A stretch of DNA of 63,001 nucleotides, counting the filler, from Salisapilia sapeloensis CBS 127946 (Eukaryota > Protista > Oomycota): assembly GCA_023334545.1 (NCBI GenBank). It is 12 parts of 12 records of this genome, joined end to end, with 100 filler letters (N's around TTAATTAATTAA, not from the genome) between each part and the next. Parts side by side here need not be neighbours in the genome. Positions count along the whole stretch, not along the records: positions 10,201 to 12,497 come from JAADVB010000924.1; positions 12,598 to 31,360 come from JAADVB010000317.1; 10 more parts are not named here. One strand, 5' to 3'. Shown here piece after piece: positions 10,757-22,477 of this stretch; within the stretch, counting starts at the first letter, position 1; the number at the start of each line of letters is the position of its first letter. The notes beneath the pieces are model-generated. The model did not search any database and was not told the origin of the DNA. It was given only the letters and a program-made list of their open reading frames with translations. A program made the position numbers and the translations under genes.

Positions 10757-12230
10757 TAGACGAGTGTAGCGTATACGTAACATGTTGAGTTCATAATCAA
10801 TCCCTTCTGTTCCTTTTCTTTTGGTTGGATCGAACCAATGTGTAAGTAGCAGTGATAGTATTTTGTGGTACATGGCGTTATGTCTGCTGGTATATGGGCA
10901 GCTATGATTCATATCTACCACTTGGAAGGAGATTGTGGTCGCGTCTACTACAGAACGAGAACGCTTCTGCTGTAAGAGGAAAATTGAAGATTGATCGTCC
11001 TTTAGTACTTGCCTTAAAATTCTTTCTACTTCTACGGCAACGTCGGCCAGGCAAAGAACTCGCGATGAATCATAATCATGGTAATCTGGCAACCTTTCCT
11101 ATTAAATGCAAATATAAAAGAAAAAGAGAGCGTGATTCTACTTGAACGCAGCAACCATCGACAGAGATATACCTTACGACGATACAGAAAATGGTAGGGA
11201 AACCATGATAAAGCTCTCTAAGGAGGTAAACATTTTTCCAGTAGGACCATCCAGTGTTCTCGAAGCCAGTGAAGGTGTGGGTGACTAGACCGCAGATCAC
11301 AATGCTGAAATTGGAGATGCGAGAGGAATATCGGCATGTGCAATGTCCGTACGGCTTGTTCTGGTGACCAGAAGTCTTGGTCTATATGAAATGAGAATAT
11401 GCAGTCCCAATGATCTCAACAAGTAATGTACTAGCAGGCACGTTGTGTTATGTGGGAATCTCGGAAGGTTGAAAGCGATCACCGACTAAAATTAGTAGAT
11501 CGTCATCCTCTGTAGGCGAACATGTTTGTAAGATAGTGCCAAACCTATGATGCTATTCAATTATTCTTTTACACTTACTAGGGATCGCATACGCTTCCTG
11601 GGATAGATGTTGCTGGTGTTAACGCACCATAGAGGTTTCTATGTAGTCAAATTAATGCAACATAAGTCGACTAATGTTGACCTAGATCGCCACTATGTTG
11701 AACTAGGTCGCCATTTTGTTGCTCTGTGTCGACCTATGTTATTATGCTTTTCAGCCAAATTTCCATAATCGCGCTGGTTTCAGCTTGGTGGGTAAATCGA
11801 GCTCACAATCGATCCGGTGCTCTCATTCGTTCAAAATAGATAATTTAATAGAATTTTATCCAACAATAACTTTCTATTTGATCTACCTTTTCACTTAAAA
11901 AAGCATAGTAAATTACAGTCATTGCGGCTTACTAAGCTACAAAAGACAAGGATATGCAATCCAAACATTCGCCGAAACTCAATCTTTTTACCTATTTTCT
12001 ACCAATCATGCTATTTAAAAAAGAGTGTTTGTCGTTGGGTCATGCTTCAAAAGTACTCTTGAAAAATGTATTAGAACGATTTGCCGAGTCGATATGCGGA
12101 ATCGATCCATGACATTTTGAATATAACTCACAATATCACGTTTGGCAGCTTTTGATCAGCATTTTTCTTTACTATAAAATATTTCTGTTTAAAAAACGGT
12201 GAATTTAAACCGGCTAATTTTGATCATTTA

Positions 12231-12497
12231 TTGCGACATATCATTTTAGGGGATTCATCTTTGGGTGGGTATTGTATTGCCGAAAACCATCGCAAGAACG
12301 AGTCGAAAGACGAAAACTTCGGAATGAGCAGCAAAGGCACCTACCGCACCAATGAAGGCGATCTCGAGAGCGATGATGAAAACGATACAGAGCGTATAGA
12401 CAACCTCATCAAGACACTCCCCTACCCGTCGCGTTCAAATATCTGCAAGTTCCCGAACTGCGGTTACCTACATGCTCCGAGCAACTTTAAAAAACAC
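12231..12497 (+). CDS. Fragment ending in a possible zinc finger; unknown (possibly TE-derived)
   Basis: Acidic stretch followed by ICKFPNCGYLHAPSNFKKH at the contig end. Confidence 0.2.
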
Positions 12498-12683
12498 NNN
12501 NNNNNNNNNNNNNNNNNNNNNNNNNNNNNNNNNNNNNNNNNTTAATTAATTAANNNNNNNNNNNNNNNNNNNNNNNNNNNNNNNNNNNNNNNNNNNNAGC
12601 ACTGGCAAGCTGTTCCGCCCAATTGAACTTGAACGTAAAGTCGACTCCTATTGGAAGACATCGATGCATATTTCAAGGTGAAA

Positions 12684-14454
12684 TTATTGACAACTGGAAG
12701 ATAGACTAGCGAATACTGGAAATTGAATAGTAATGTACATACCAAAGTGCATCAGAGTGAAGCCCAAAGCGTACACCACGAACGCAGTCATCCGGCCTTG
12801 TATTTGGTGAAAGTTGCCCTCCAGCACATACGCGAGTTGATGTACTGGTGAAAAATTAAACCGATTCTTCAAAAGGTAATGGAGAAATACCAGTGATAGC
12901 ACTTCCAGTAAGATGAAGACCGAAAGATTGGTCACTACCATTGGCAAGCTCTCATTTGTAAGATTGCGAGAGTGCTCGTAGTAAACAGCATTGGGGAGCT
13001 GATGAAGAATGAGCAGGTAAGCGAGATATATAATTGGAAGTACGACTTCGCAGTACTCGGAAAGAAGACAATACTCTACATGAAACAAGAGCTTCAAAGC
13101 TTCGTCTACGACAATATCGTATTGTTTATGGTTTGCATTCTTTCCAGTCACTTTAGTGGAAAAATCACTCGTTAAAGACCGATCAACAGCTTCCTCCTTT
13201 GCAGGAGCGCCCGGCGGCTCATTTTGATAAGCGACAACTTGGTTGACCTTTGAGTTAACTTTCTTCATAGGTAAGTTCAGAGGCAATGGTCCAGTCTTAA
13301 GAGAACCCAATAAGGTAGGTCTCGCAGCTCTTGTCTCTGATTTCGACTTCATCTCATTCGGGAGTATCCTCTTCTTCACGCTAAATTTATTGCCCAGTTC
13401 GAATACGTTTACTAGCAAGTCATTTTCTGACGAGGAAGTTGTTTTCAATCTCTTCATCTCAGTGAGCAACGCTTTGCTATCATGTTGCATTTCCAGCAAA
13501 GAACAAATAATCTGTGCAGCATCGATGGCAATGATGGCAATAGATGTTGCGATGCTCTGTGCCGTCTGCATAGAAATAGAGACGAAGAGAGCGTTGAACA
13601 CCTACACAAGTACAATTAGTCTACTAAGATGATATCATTATATAAAAAGTTTGCTTGCTTACCTCCACACTGAAGATAGTAAGTTCTGGGATGGTTTCTT
13701 GCCTGTGGGAAAATGCCCATGCGTAAACATTCTTCATAAAAATCTTGAGCACTGGTAAAAGAGGTACTGCGAAAACTTGTTGTGACGCTTCCATCATCTG
13801 GAATGCGGCGTTAAATGCAACGTAAATCACGATGGTCAATACATGAAGTATCAAGACACAGATTTCCTGCCATAAGATCTTCCTTCTGTTCAGAGGACTT
13901 AAAATACTTTTCCAATCGGAGAACACCAGTAGAAGAAAAATATAAGTGCACGTAAACGGGAATGCAATGAACATGATTCCGAAAGGAAATGGGAATGTCC
14001 AGCGAGCAGCAGCTAGGATGTAAACCCCAGTTGCTGTGGAGCTGGCTCCCAAATTTAGTAGAATAATATGCCAGCGGGTAATATGCAAGGTTCGCAAGAA
14101 AGGTGCAAGCTGAAGGGTCCACCCCATCGAAACAAAGATCGCAAGTAGGAATAAACGAATCCATATTCCAGCACTCTCATCCCAAGCATGAAGTGGAGAA
14201 GCTAAAGGGATCATATCGATCCCGATAGGGACGATCAAAGCTGGAAGTGGTGTAAGAAAGCAAACGAAGAGGACACGCAGGAAAGATGCTTTCTCGCAAT
14301 ATCCCTTGAGTGACTGAAGTCTTTCAATTGAATATTCCCCTTTGTTGTAGATTTGGATCTTGAAATACAAGCCCACCAGCCAATTGACTTTCGACACGAC
14401 GACTGAATAGGCATGCTCTACTTTTCTTCTGATAAACATTGGTAGCTTCGACAC
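12684..14454 (-). CDS. Oomycete-type multipass transmembrane protein (hypothetical family)
   Basis: Exon 14454-13663, intron 13602-13662 (GTAAGC...TAG, 61 nt), joining as FSVE|VFNALFVSISMQ. Family-like YSIERLQSL...RVLFVCFLTPLP start and many hydrophobic helices. A further intron near 12740 (GTATGT) may alter the C-terminus. Confidence 0.75.
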
Positions 14455-16473
14455 TAAATGCTTTGCTTCACTCGATGTATGGTTTTGCCGTTGCTTACAG
14501 CCTTAAAATAACGTGTAGCTTGACCATATTGGGCAATCTATCTTTAGCGTGGATTGGTTATTAGCTATTACTTATTTCCGTATCTTAGCTATGGGAGTCT
14601 CCTCTTAGTACAAAATCGCTGTGCAAAAGCAGACAGCTACTGCTTTCTAGCATAAGTTACTGAGCATCACTTTTGGCTATATTTTTGTTCTAGCAACGTT
14701 AAAGGTGTATTTGGCTAGAGCTCAACCATCGATAACCTTTAGAGCCCAGATCGAGATCCCCAAAAGTCATTCTCATCCCCGCATGAAGCCTGATGACTCA
14801 CCAAAGTAGCATATATCTATCAACATTACATCATCTTGTCAAGGTGCATTTACCCAGTTCTCGACTAGGGACTAAACTCTCTACTGAGAATAGTTAGAAA
14901 GTCAGACAATGGAACACGACTCCCGTACTGTCTTCTTGTTAGAGAATGGTTGCCAAGACTGAGGTCAAAAGATAAATTCGGACTCACGTAGGTTGCCCCA
15001 ACAACTTAAAAGGCCATCGCCTTAACCACTCGACCAAGCTGTCAAACTTCAACATGGCACATCCCTGGCACATGTACGTCATACGTCCTTTCAGTCATTT
15101 TGACAAGCTTGTGACCCCTCTCGCAATGGCGTCGGATCCATCTTCGTCTGTCGGACAGTTCTACGGCTCATCATACTCATGGGAAACTGATCCAGATAAG
15201 GCAAGCAGCATCAATGCTTTTACTTCATTGTGCAAGTCGACACTCGAACTTCGTCCGACCTTCCAGTTTGTAATTGTCCAGCATCTCCAATATTGGTAGT
15301 CAGTATTTACCCATGATGATCACTGGAAGGACTTAGATGCAAGACAGAAACAAAATGACGCAGTTGCGCCATTTTTGTCTTATATTCAGCTTTAGTAAGA
15401 TGTATTTGATGGCGATGTCCAATGGAGGGCGCCTAGGCCAAGACAATAAACGTTCTAGCTGCATCCGAGAATCAGAAAGCTTGCTTACGACACAATAATA
15501 GGTAGGATGGCTATCCACCGGAAGGTGTCCGGCTAGCTCTCACTATCTTGTCCGGGAGCCAAATCGTGCCTCGTTTGATGGTATAGAATCGCTGAAACCG
15601 ACATCAAACTGACCATACACTATACAACCCATCCGTCGGCAAATGATTAAACTGATCAAATTCTACCACCGTCAACAAAACTAGCTCTTCAATTTCGCGC
15701 GGTTAACATTCAAAGTATCGTACCTACTATGAAATTGTTATCTACATGCCACATGGGCTCCATCCTCTTGATATCCGATCTACCTAGCCACTATTCGCCC
15801 ACCCATCACTCGATGTATTCAGCACTTGATTGATTGACTCCAAGTGTGTCCATTCGTGTCTATCGGATTTCTTATCTGAAGCCACAGGTAACCTCTACCC
15901 AAGGGTCAAATCCGAGTGAGTCATGATCGGATGGTGCTGAGCGGAGTGGGATCTAAAAGATCATAGGGATTGGGCGAAATACACATGCATAGGTGGCATC
16001 GGGAAGGTTGAGAGGCAGAGACAAAGACGAACATTGTCAGATCAATTTGAAGGAGAGTCAACAAAGCGTTGACTGGTCTGCTAGCTGTCCTCTACGTACA
16101 ACAAAATGCAATCGTTATGTAACAGACCATTCTCAGACACGGCCATAGCTCTTCAATTTCATTGATCTTGTTCGGGAAAGTCTGATCCTCCACGAATAAT
16201 GTGGCATCCATCTAAAGATACGCAGGATGTACTCAACCCTCACATGCACACTAGCTGCACATTTGAATCGTTGTGGCGCGAGTCAGCTTCCCGTCCTTGT
16301 CGTCTATCATTTCTCTTCATTCGATTGTAGCGAAGGCATCCATGGTCACGCCAGACGGAAGTGGATGATGTGTTCCATACGGACAGAAATGTGATATTAA
16401 GCTTCTTCCACTTCCTCACAATCCATTTCCCATCCTCTCCAGCAAGTGCTGCCTGCACCAGTCCTAGGCAACA

Positions 16474-18828
16474 ATGAAGCTTTTACAAACTGCTGCCATC
16501 GCTGTTGGAGCTATTGTATGCGTATCGACACCTAGAGTCCAAGCACAGTCCTGTGATCCGATCACGGCACTGCCATCGACGTTAGGTCTTGATAAATGCG
16601 TCGGGAATAACCTGCAGAAGCTACTGGACATTGTAAAAGAAGGACTTGATGAGTGCTCTCTCATCGAACTCATTAAATTACCAAACAATCCCGCCGTCGA
16701 TAAAATTACAACAATTGTAAATGACATGCTCGAGAAACCTGACCAAATCTCTGCCATCTTCTATGATCACATGAAAGCAACTGCAGGAGATGAAATGGAA
16801 GACTTTTGCCAAGACATCAATTCGCTTTTGTCACCGTGTCTCGGATCGTTCGTTGGACCGATGATTAAAGTGATTAATGAGGACTTGAATTGTTGCTCTG
16901 AGCTTAGCGATATTGTCGATATGCTCAATTTGGTTGTTCCGCCGGATGTCTCGAAGGAATCATTCATCCTAGATGAAGTTGTCAATGGCTTTAACAACTT
17001 TTTGTGCTCCACCATCGGAGATGACCGATGTGGTGCGTACATCTACGACCAACTACTTGACGTCTACACTCGTGAGAACTTTCGAGTACTGGAGTCGTTC
17101 CTGCTTCCGATGGTTACTGTCTCTGAAGGTGACGAATGTGATGCATCGAATGGAAAACAATATATCAATAGCGCAACACTCGAGGTTACTTCGACCATCG
17201 AGTACTCGTGCTGCATCGACCACGTACGTCCACTCTTCGAGTCCATTTACAATGCATTCTACAACGTCTTAGGAAACACTCCGGACGAGTTCCTGAACGG
17301 TGCATTCGAATTAAAGAAAGAGAACGGCAAATTCAGACACGTCTTGCCAGGTACAAAGGATTGCAATCACAAGGATACATGCTCGAATCCGAAGGCACTA
17401 ATCAAAGACATCACGCGAAAGCGTAAGCCTGGCACGAATGACTCAGGAAAGAACAGCATCAGTGGTCTTGAGTGTAAATGGGTCGACATATGCAATGACG
17501 AAGACGTCTGTACCAAGGTGTGTGAGACCGGATCCGCCACGTTGGATGACTGGGCGGCACAGACGTTGGCGTATGAACGCAAGCTCACAAACCGACAGCC
17601 CTTGTGCTATGCTATGATACCAGCAACGCACAACACAGTCATCTCTCTTGCCTATGGCTTTGGTCTTCGTGATCTTGCCATGAATGCCAACATGGACAGT
17701 AAGAAGAAACCGTACGCTTTCATGAAGACGAATAATAACGTCTTGAGTGTGTCTGACCAGCTTAACATTGGTGTCCGTTGGCTCGAGATTGACATACACC
17801 ACTTTTTGGGTGAACTACGCTCTGCCCACTGCGGTGGCTTTGGTTCTAACAGCATCCAGATCATCTTTGACGTGATCAAGGAGCAACTGAGCTACTATGG
17901 AAACTTCATCTGGTCGCCCAATCTACTCGGTTGTTTCCCTTCTTTATCTGGTATCGCTGCCGATAAGCAGCCAAAGTCGAAGGAAGTGATGGATGAGATC
18001 AAGAGCTGGCTGGACGATCATCCGGATGAATTGGTCTTTGTCTACTTGGATAATGGTGGTGAGATCAACGAGTTAGACAAGTGGAATGACGTCCATTCGC
18101 TCGTCCAAGAGACATTCGGAGACTTGTTGATGCCACATGAAGACGTTAAGACCCTCGAGTCGTCCGGATGGAACTCTGCTTCGATACAAGATCTAATTGA
18201 TGATGGCTATCGCGTCGTGCTTTTAGCTAACCGAGACACTGGCGTGGCGTACAATATGCGCTCCTTCTGCGGTGGACATCAAGTGCTGGATACCGAGTAC
18301 ATTGATGAGACGCTAGACGAAGAGCGAAGTATCAACGGCATTGAGTTCTACACGGGAGAGTACATGATCCGGTCGTACCAGTCTGTCTTGCGCTACATTG
18401 CATTAGGTGAAGGCGGAACGCTTGAACAGACTCTACCCACGACATTCAACCGCAACAACACGCCCAACTTTGTCCGTTGGAATATGAATCTCATCGCGAC
18501 AGATATGGTCGATGGCTCGATCATGAAAGGTATGATCTGGAGCTGGGACGAAGACCAGCCAAGCGTCGATGGAAGTAACGCGACGGTTGTCGTGAACTCG
18601 AATGGTCGATGGTCCACACCATCGAATGCCTCTCAAGTCCTGCACAAAGGATGCTGGAGCTCGTCCAATTTGGCATGGGAGATCATCGAGACGTCAAAGG
18701 CGTGTAGTTCTGGCTACGAAGATGTTGGTCCAGTCGATCCGTACCAGAATTATCTGCTACAAGAGCAGATGCAGACACAGAGTATCACAGGCCCAGTTCA
18801 GATCAATGTCGATGTAGCTTTCGAGTAA
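16474..18828 (+). CDS. Secreted PI-PLC X / PLC-like phosphodiesterase with a Cys-rich N-terminal domain (784 aa)
   Basis: Signal peptide MKLLQTAAIAVGAIVCVSTPRVQA; PLC-like motifs IPATHN, SVSDQLNIGVRWLEIDIH, SAHC, ELVFVYLD; C-terminal WSWDEDQP...GRW...C...DPYQN. Single exon. Confidence 0.75.
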   Translation: MKLLQTAAIAVGAIVCVSTPRVQAQSCDPITALPSTLGLDKCVGNNLQKLLDIVKEGLDECSLIELIKLPNNPAVDKITTIVNDMLEKPDQISAIFYDHMKATAGDEMEDFCQDINSLLSPCLGSFVGPMIKVINEDLNCCSELSDIVDMLNLVVPPDVSKESFILDEVVNGFNNFLCSTIGDDRCGAYIYDQLLDVYTRENFRVLESFLLPMVTVSEGDECDASNGKQYINSATLEVTSTIEYSCCIDHVRPLFESIYNAFYNVLGNTPDEFLNGAFELKKENGKFRHVLPGTKDCNHKDTCSNPKALIKDITRKRKPGTNDSGKNSISGLECKWVDICNDEDVCTKVCETGSATLDDWAAQTLAYERKLTNRQPLCYAMIPATHNTVISLAYGFGLRDLAMNANMDSKKKPYAFMKTNNNVLSVSDQLNIGVRWLEIDIHHFLGELRSAHCGGFGSNSIQIIFDVIKEQLSYYGNFIWSPNLLGCFPSLSGIAADKQPKSKEVMDEIKSWLDDHPDELVFVYLDNGGEINELDKWNDVHSLVQETFGDLLMPHEDVKTLESSGWNSASIQDLIDDGYRVVLLANRDTGVAYNMRSFCGGHQVLDTEYIDETLDEERSINGIEFYTGEYMIRSYQSVLRYIALGEGGTLEQTLPTTFNRNNTPNFVRWNMNLIATDMVDGSIMKGMIWSWDEDQPSVDGSNATVVVNSNGRWSTPSNASQVLHKGCWSSSNLAWEIIETSKACSSGYEDVGPVDPYQNYLLQEQMQTQSITGPVQINVDVAFE

Positions 18829-18899
18829 ATGTCAAACCTCCAATGAACGTATGCAAACAAGAAACTTTTCATGACACTTTACGATTGCCACTTTTCCGC

Positions 18900-20743
18900 C
18901 TAGAGTTTGCTGTTGAACCTCGTGTTCTTCGTCTTGGAGTCCTGAAGCTGCTGCAGTTGACGACGCAGGATCTTGCCAGAAACGCTTTTCGGAATGACAT
19001 CGATGAACTCAACCTCACGCACCTTCTTGAAGCCAGCCACCTTGCCAGCCACAAACTTCATGATCTCCTCCGGAGTCGCAGACTCTCCCGGCTTGAGCAC
19101 CACGAACGCCTTCGGGATCTCCTCTCCATCAGCGTCCACACCACGGACACAGCATGAGTCCGCGACCTTCGGGTGCACACCAAGTACATCTTCGATCTCA
19201 GCAGGAGCGATTTGGTGCGCCTTGTACTTGATCATTTCCTTCAGTCGGTCCACGACGAAGACGTACCCGTCTTCGTCAATGTATCCGATGTCTCCCGTAC
19301 GAATAAAGCCGTCTCCAGCGAAGGCACGTTTGTTGGCTTCCTCATCGCCAACATATCGGTCCATCGCTTGTGGAGATCGGAAGAGGAGCTCACCAGACTT
19401 GTTGACACCTAGGTCTTCATCCGTGTCGAGGTCCTTGATCTTTAGCTCTGCGTTCGGGAACAGGACGCCACTAGCTCCAGGCTTGGGGTCCTTTGGCGGG
19501 GAAAGAGTGACTGCGGCACAGAACTCGGTCATGCCGTAGCCTTGACGAACCGTAACATTAAGTCGCTTGGACACCATGTTGTCTAGTTCTTTGCCTAGTG
19601 GAGCAGCACCTGACATGAGGTACTTGACGGAGGACAAGTCATATTTATCGACGCGAGGATCCTTGGCCAAGAAGGCGATGACAGGAGGGACAAGCGCCAT
19701 TTCCCTCGGTCGGTACTTTTGAATTAACGCGAGGAAGCCTTCTGGATCAAAGCCAGGAACGACCACGGACTTTACTCGTTCAACGATTGCGCTGTGGAAC
19801 ATCATGATGGCGAAGATGTGGAAGAAGGGTAGGACAGCGACCGCTGTGTCGTTGTTGGCACTCAGCTTGAGCATGGAGATGGAGACGGATAAGAGGGCTC
19901 GACCAGCCAAAGCAACTCCCTACATTATATTTGCGTGAGCAGATGCGGATGGAGGCGTATTTGGATAGAGCGAACCTTTGGACGGCCAGAGGTGCCGCTA
20001 GAGAAGGGGAGGATCGCGATGCTGTTCGGATCGATAGCTGGAAGGCTCGGGTATGGAAGCTTCCTCGAGATGACCTCTCTACTCGTGCCATTATCGTCAG
20101 TACGGATACTCCTGGACTACAATAGCAGGTGAAGATCTAACGACTTACTCGATGGATGCAAGTCCACGGACACCTTCATCCGATTGACCAACCGTGTAGA
20201 TACGGCTAGCTTGGACATTGGTCATCTTAGCAGCGCCAACAGCAGCCTTGCTCAGCTTGTGGTGCGTAATAACAGCACTCGCCTGTAGTACACTTGGTCA
20301 TTCATTTGCTTTCAACGGAAACCAATAATTATTAGCGTACCTTGGCAATTTCAATCTGCACGGCGAGCTCTTCGTCACTAAACATTGGAGAGGACGGAGA
20401 GCAGATGGCACCCATGCGACTGAGTGCCAAGTAGATGATCGGGTACTCGATAATGTTAAACGAGTGAAGAATCACCACCTACAAGCATCACACATCAGTA
20501 CATCATCACATAAGGAGGTCATATATAGAAGCGTACATCTCCCTTGCGGATTCCGTCTGCGAGGAAACCAGCCACCATAGCCTTGGCATCTTCCAGAGCT
20601 TGACCGAACGTGATGGTGCGATCCGTGAGGCCATCGACGTACAGCGGAGCATCGGGGATTTCGTTCCCAGCGCTCTCAAAGTAGTCCCAAATCGTTTTAT
20701 CGCTGGGCGAGGGAACCCGACCGTAAGGAGACGAAAAAATCAT
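18900..20743 (-). CDS. 4-coumarate:CoA-ligase-like acyl-CoA synthetase (ANL superfamily), peroxisomal, copy A (533 aa)
   Basis: Exons 20743-20537, 20478-20341, 20282-20149, 20078-19976, 19919-18900 with GT-AG introns of 58/58/70/56 nt; total 1602 nt. Motifs LPFSSGTSGRPKGV, GYGMTE, RTGDIGYIDEDG, DRLKEMIKYK; C-terminal SKL (PTS1). Confidence 0.92.
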
Positions 20744-22477
20744 CTTGTAGGCGTGGAAGAAGCTGGGTATGGCCTTATAAGAAGGTCGCTAATCGGGAAA
20801 TGAGCTACTATCGTTGTTGACAAATCTTATCTCCCAGCTGCTATCAACAGCAACCCTATACATGGAATTAGCATTTTGGTACGATTGACTCCTTCCACTG
20901 TTGTCGTGGTACTTGAAGGTAGCTCCACCGTCGTACGCGAGAGTCGGAGGAGGATGCAGACGTGCTCTATACCAACTGTTAATTGAAATCAGTCCCGCAT
21001 GACGTTCTTGGCAGATAGACGGAGACTCCTTGGATATCGTTCTAGGCATGTGGACCTACAGGGACTTCAGAGTACATCTATCTTGCGTTTCTTATGTGTC
21101 TCGATTTGGCATTTAACATGAAAGTATTTTGAAAGGGCGCAAGGGACCGACTGATGATCACATGCGAACGTATCGTTGAGAGGAAAAAGAGACAAAGATA
21201 CAAGAGTGTACGATTTAAGTGATCGCTCAACTATCCACCTCTGACTTGCTACAGCATATTTATCATCATACTATGATGTTACGCCTCTGTCCATTCATTT
21301 GATTAGTAAAGAATCTTGTTTGCATATCAGTCGAAAGCACGACGCCGAGCTGTCCCTTCTGTCTTGCAATCACACGTTTGCGTATCTATAAATTCAAGCT
21401 CGTCAGATCTGGAGGAGTGAACAACTCGCAAACGTACTGATGATTCACGTCGTATGTGCTTGCCGTAAGCCTCCACAGACCTACCGCGATGGCTCAACAA
21501 GTATTCCTACGCAAAAATCTGATCGCCTTGAATAAGCACACCGACGCCTCTCTCACGAACCCTCTGTGAGTTTCATACGCATACTCTTGTTAAGCTAATG
21601 GCTCTTTATCCTCCAAGCCGAGCAACAAGCAAAAACGCACGTTTCCAAATATATCTACATGCGGCATGGGCGGAGCAAGAACGCGTAGGATCCTTTTACA
21701 GAGAAATGCATGAGATGAAAGGGTCTGGTGAATTACGTAGCACGTAGGTAGAATGTAAGAAGCGGATTCGAGTTGTCTACGTGAAATACGCGGTAAGACC
21801 ATGCAAGCGGATCTATTGTCTACTTCTTGGACATGTCTTTAAGCATATGAAAGTGGGCAGAAACGCAGTGCGTACCTCACACAGTGGTGCAAAAAGCACA
21901 GTAGCATTTGCTTATTTATGTCAAGCATCACATGTAAGCATATAAATACGTTGGGCAGCCGCTCTGGTTTTCCTGTGTCTGCCTACTTATGCATCCCCAC
22001 CGATAGACACCTTCGGGCAGAATGACAAACTGAGGTATGTGAACTGATTATAAATTCGCTGACTCCTTTTTCATCATTTACAATCTAATTGAACCTGGTG
22101 GGATGAAAGACAGGAGCGGTAATCAGGATAGTGCAAGAAAACAATAATTAACTTTACGACGTTTACATATTCCTTGACACGTACCTAAAGAGGTCAAAGC
22201 GAGGTGGAGAGATGGTGACTAGGCTGCGAAAGGTAGAAATGAAGTGTATCATGCACCTGCAACACATTCGGTTGTATCCTATCAATACATTCTGAGCCGA
22301 AAACAAAACAGATAACATAACATGCTCTTCTCGCAAGGTTGAAACGATTGGAGCTAGAACAACACAACAGATCGGGTAGTAGATTGAAATGATATTACTG
22401 ACAAGCAATGACACCACTGTGACGAGACTGTCGATGGTCTCCAAGTGTCACTGATACCAGTAAGAAGTACGTCGGGA

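Noticed and set aside
18900-20743. Firefly-type luciferase (peroxisomal ANL enzyme ending in SKL)
   Set aside because: Luciferases, 4CLs and many acyl-CoA synthetases share these motifs and the PTS1; nothing here specifically indicates luciferase activity.
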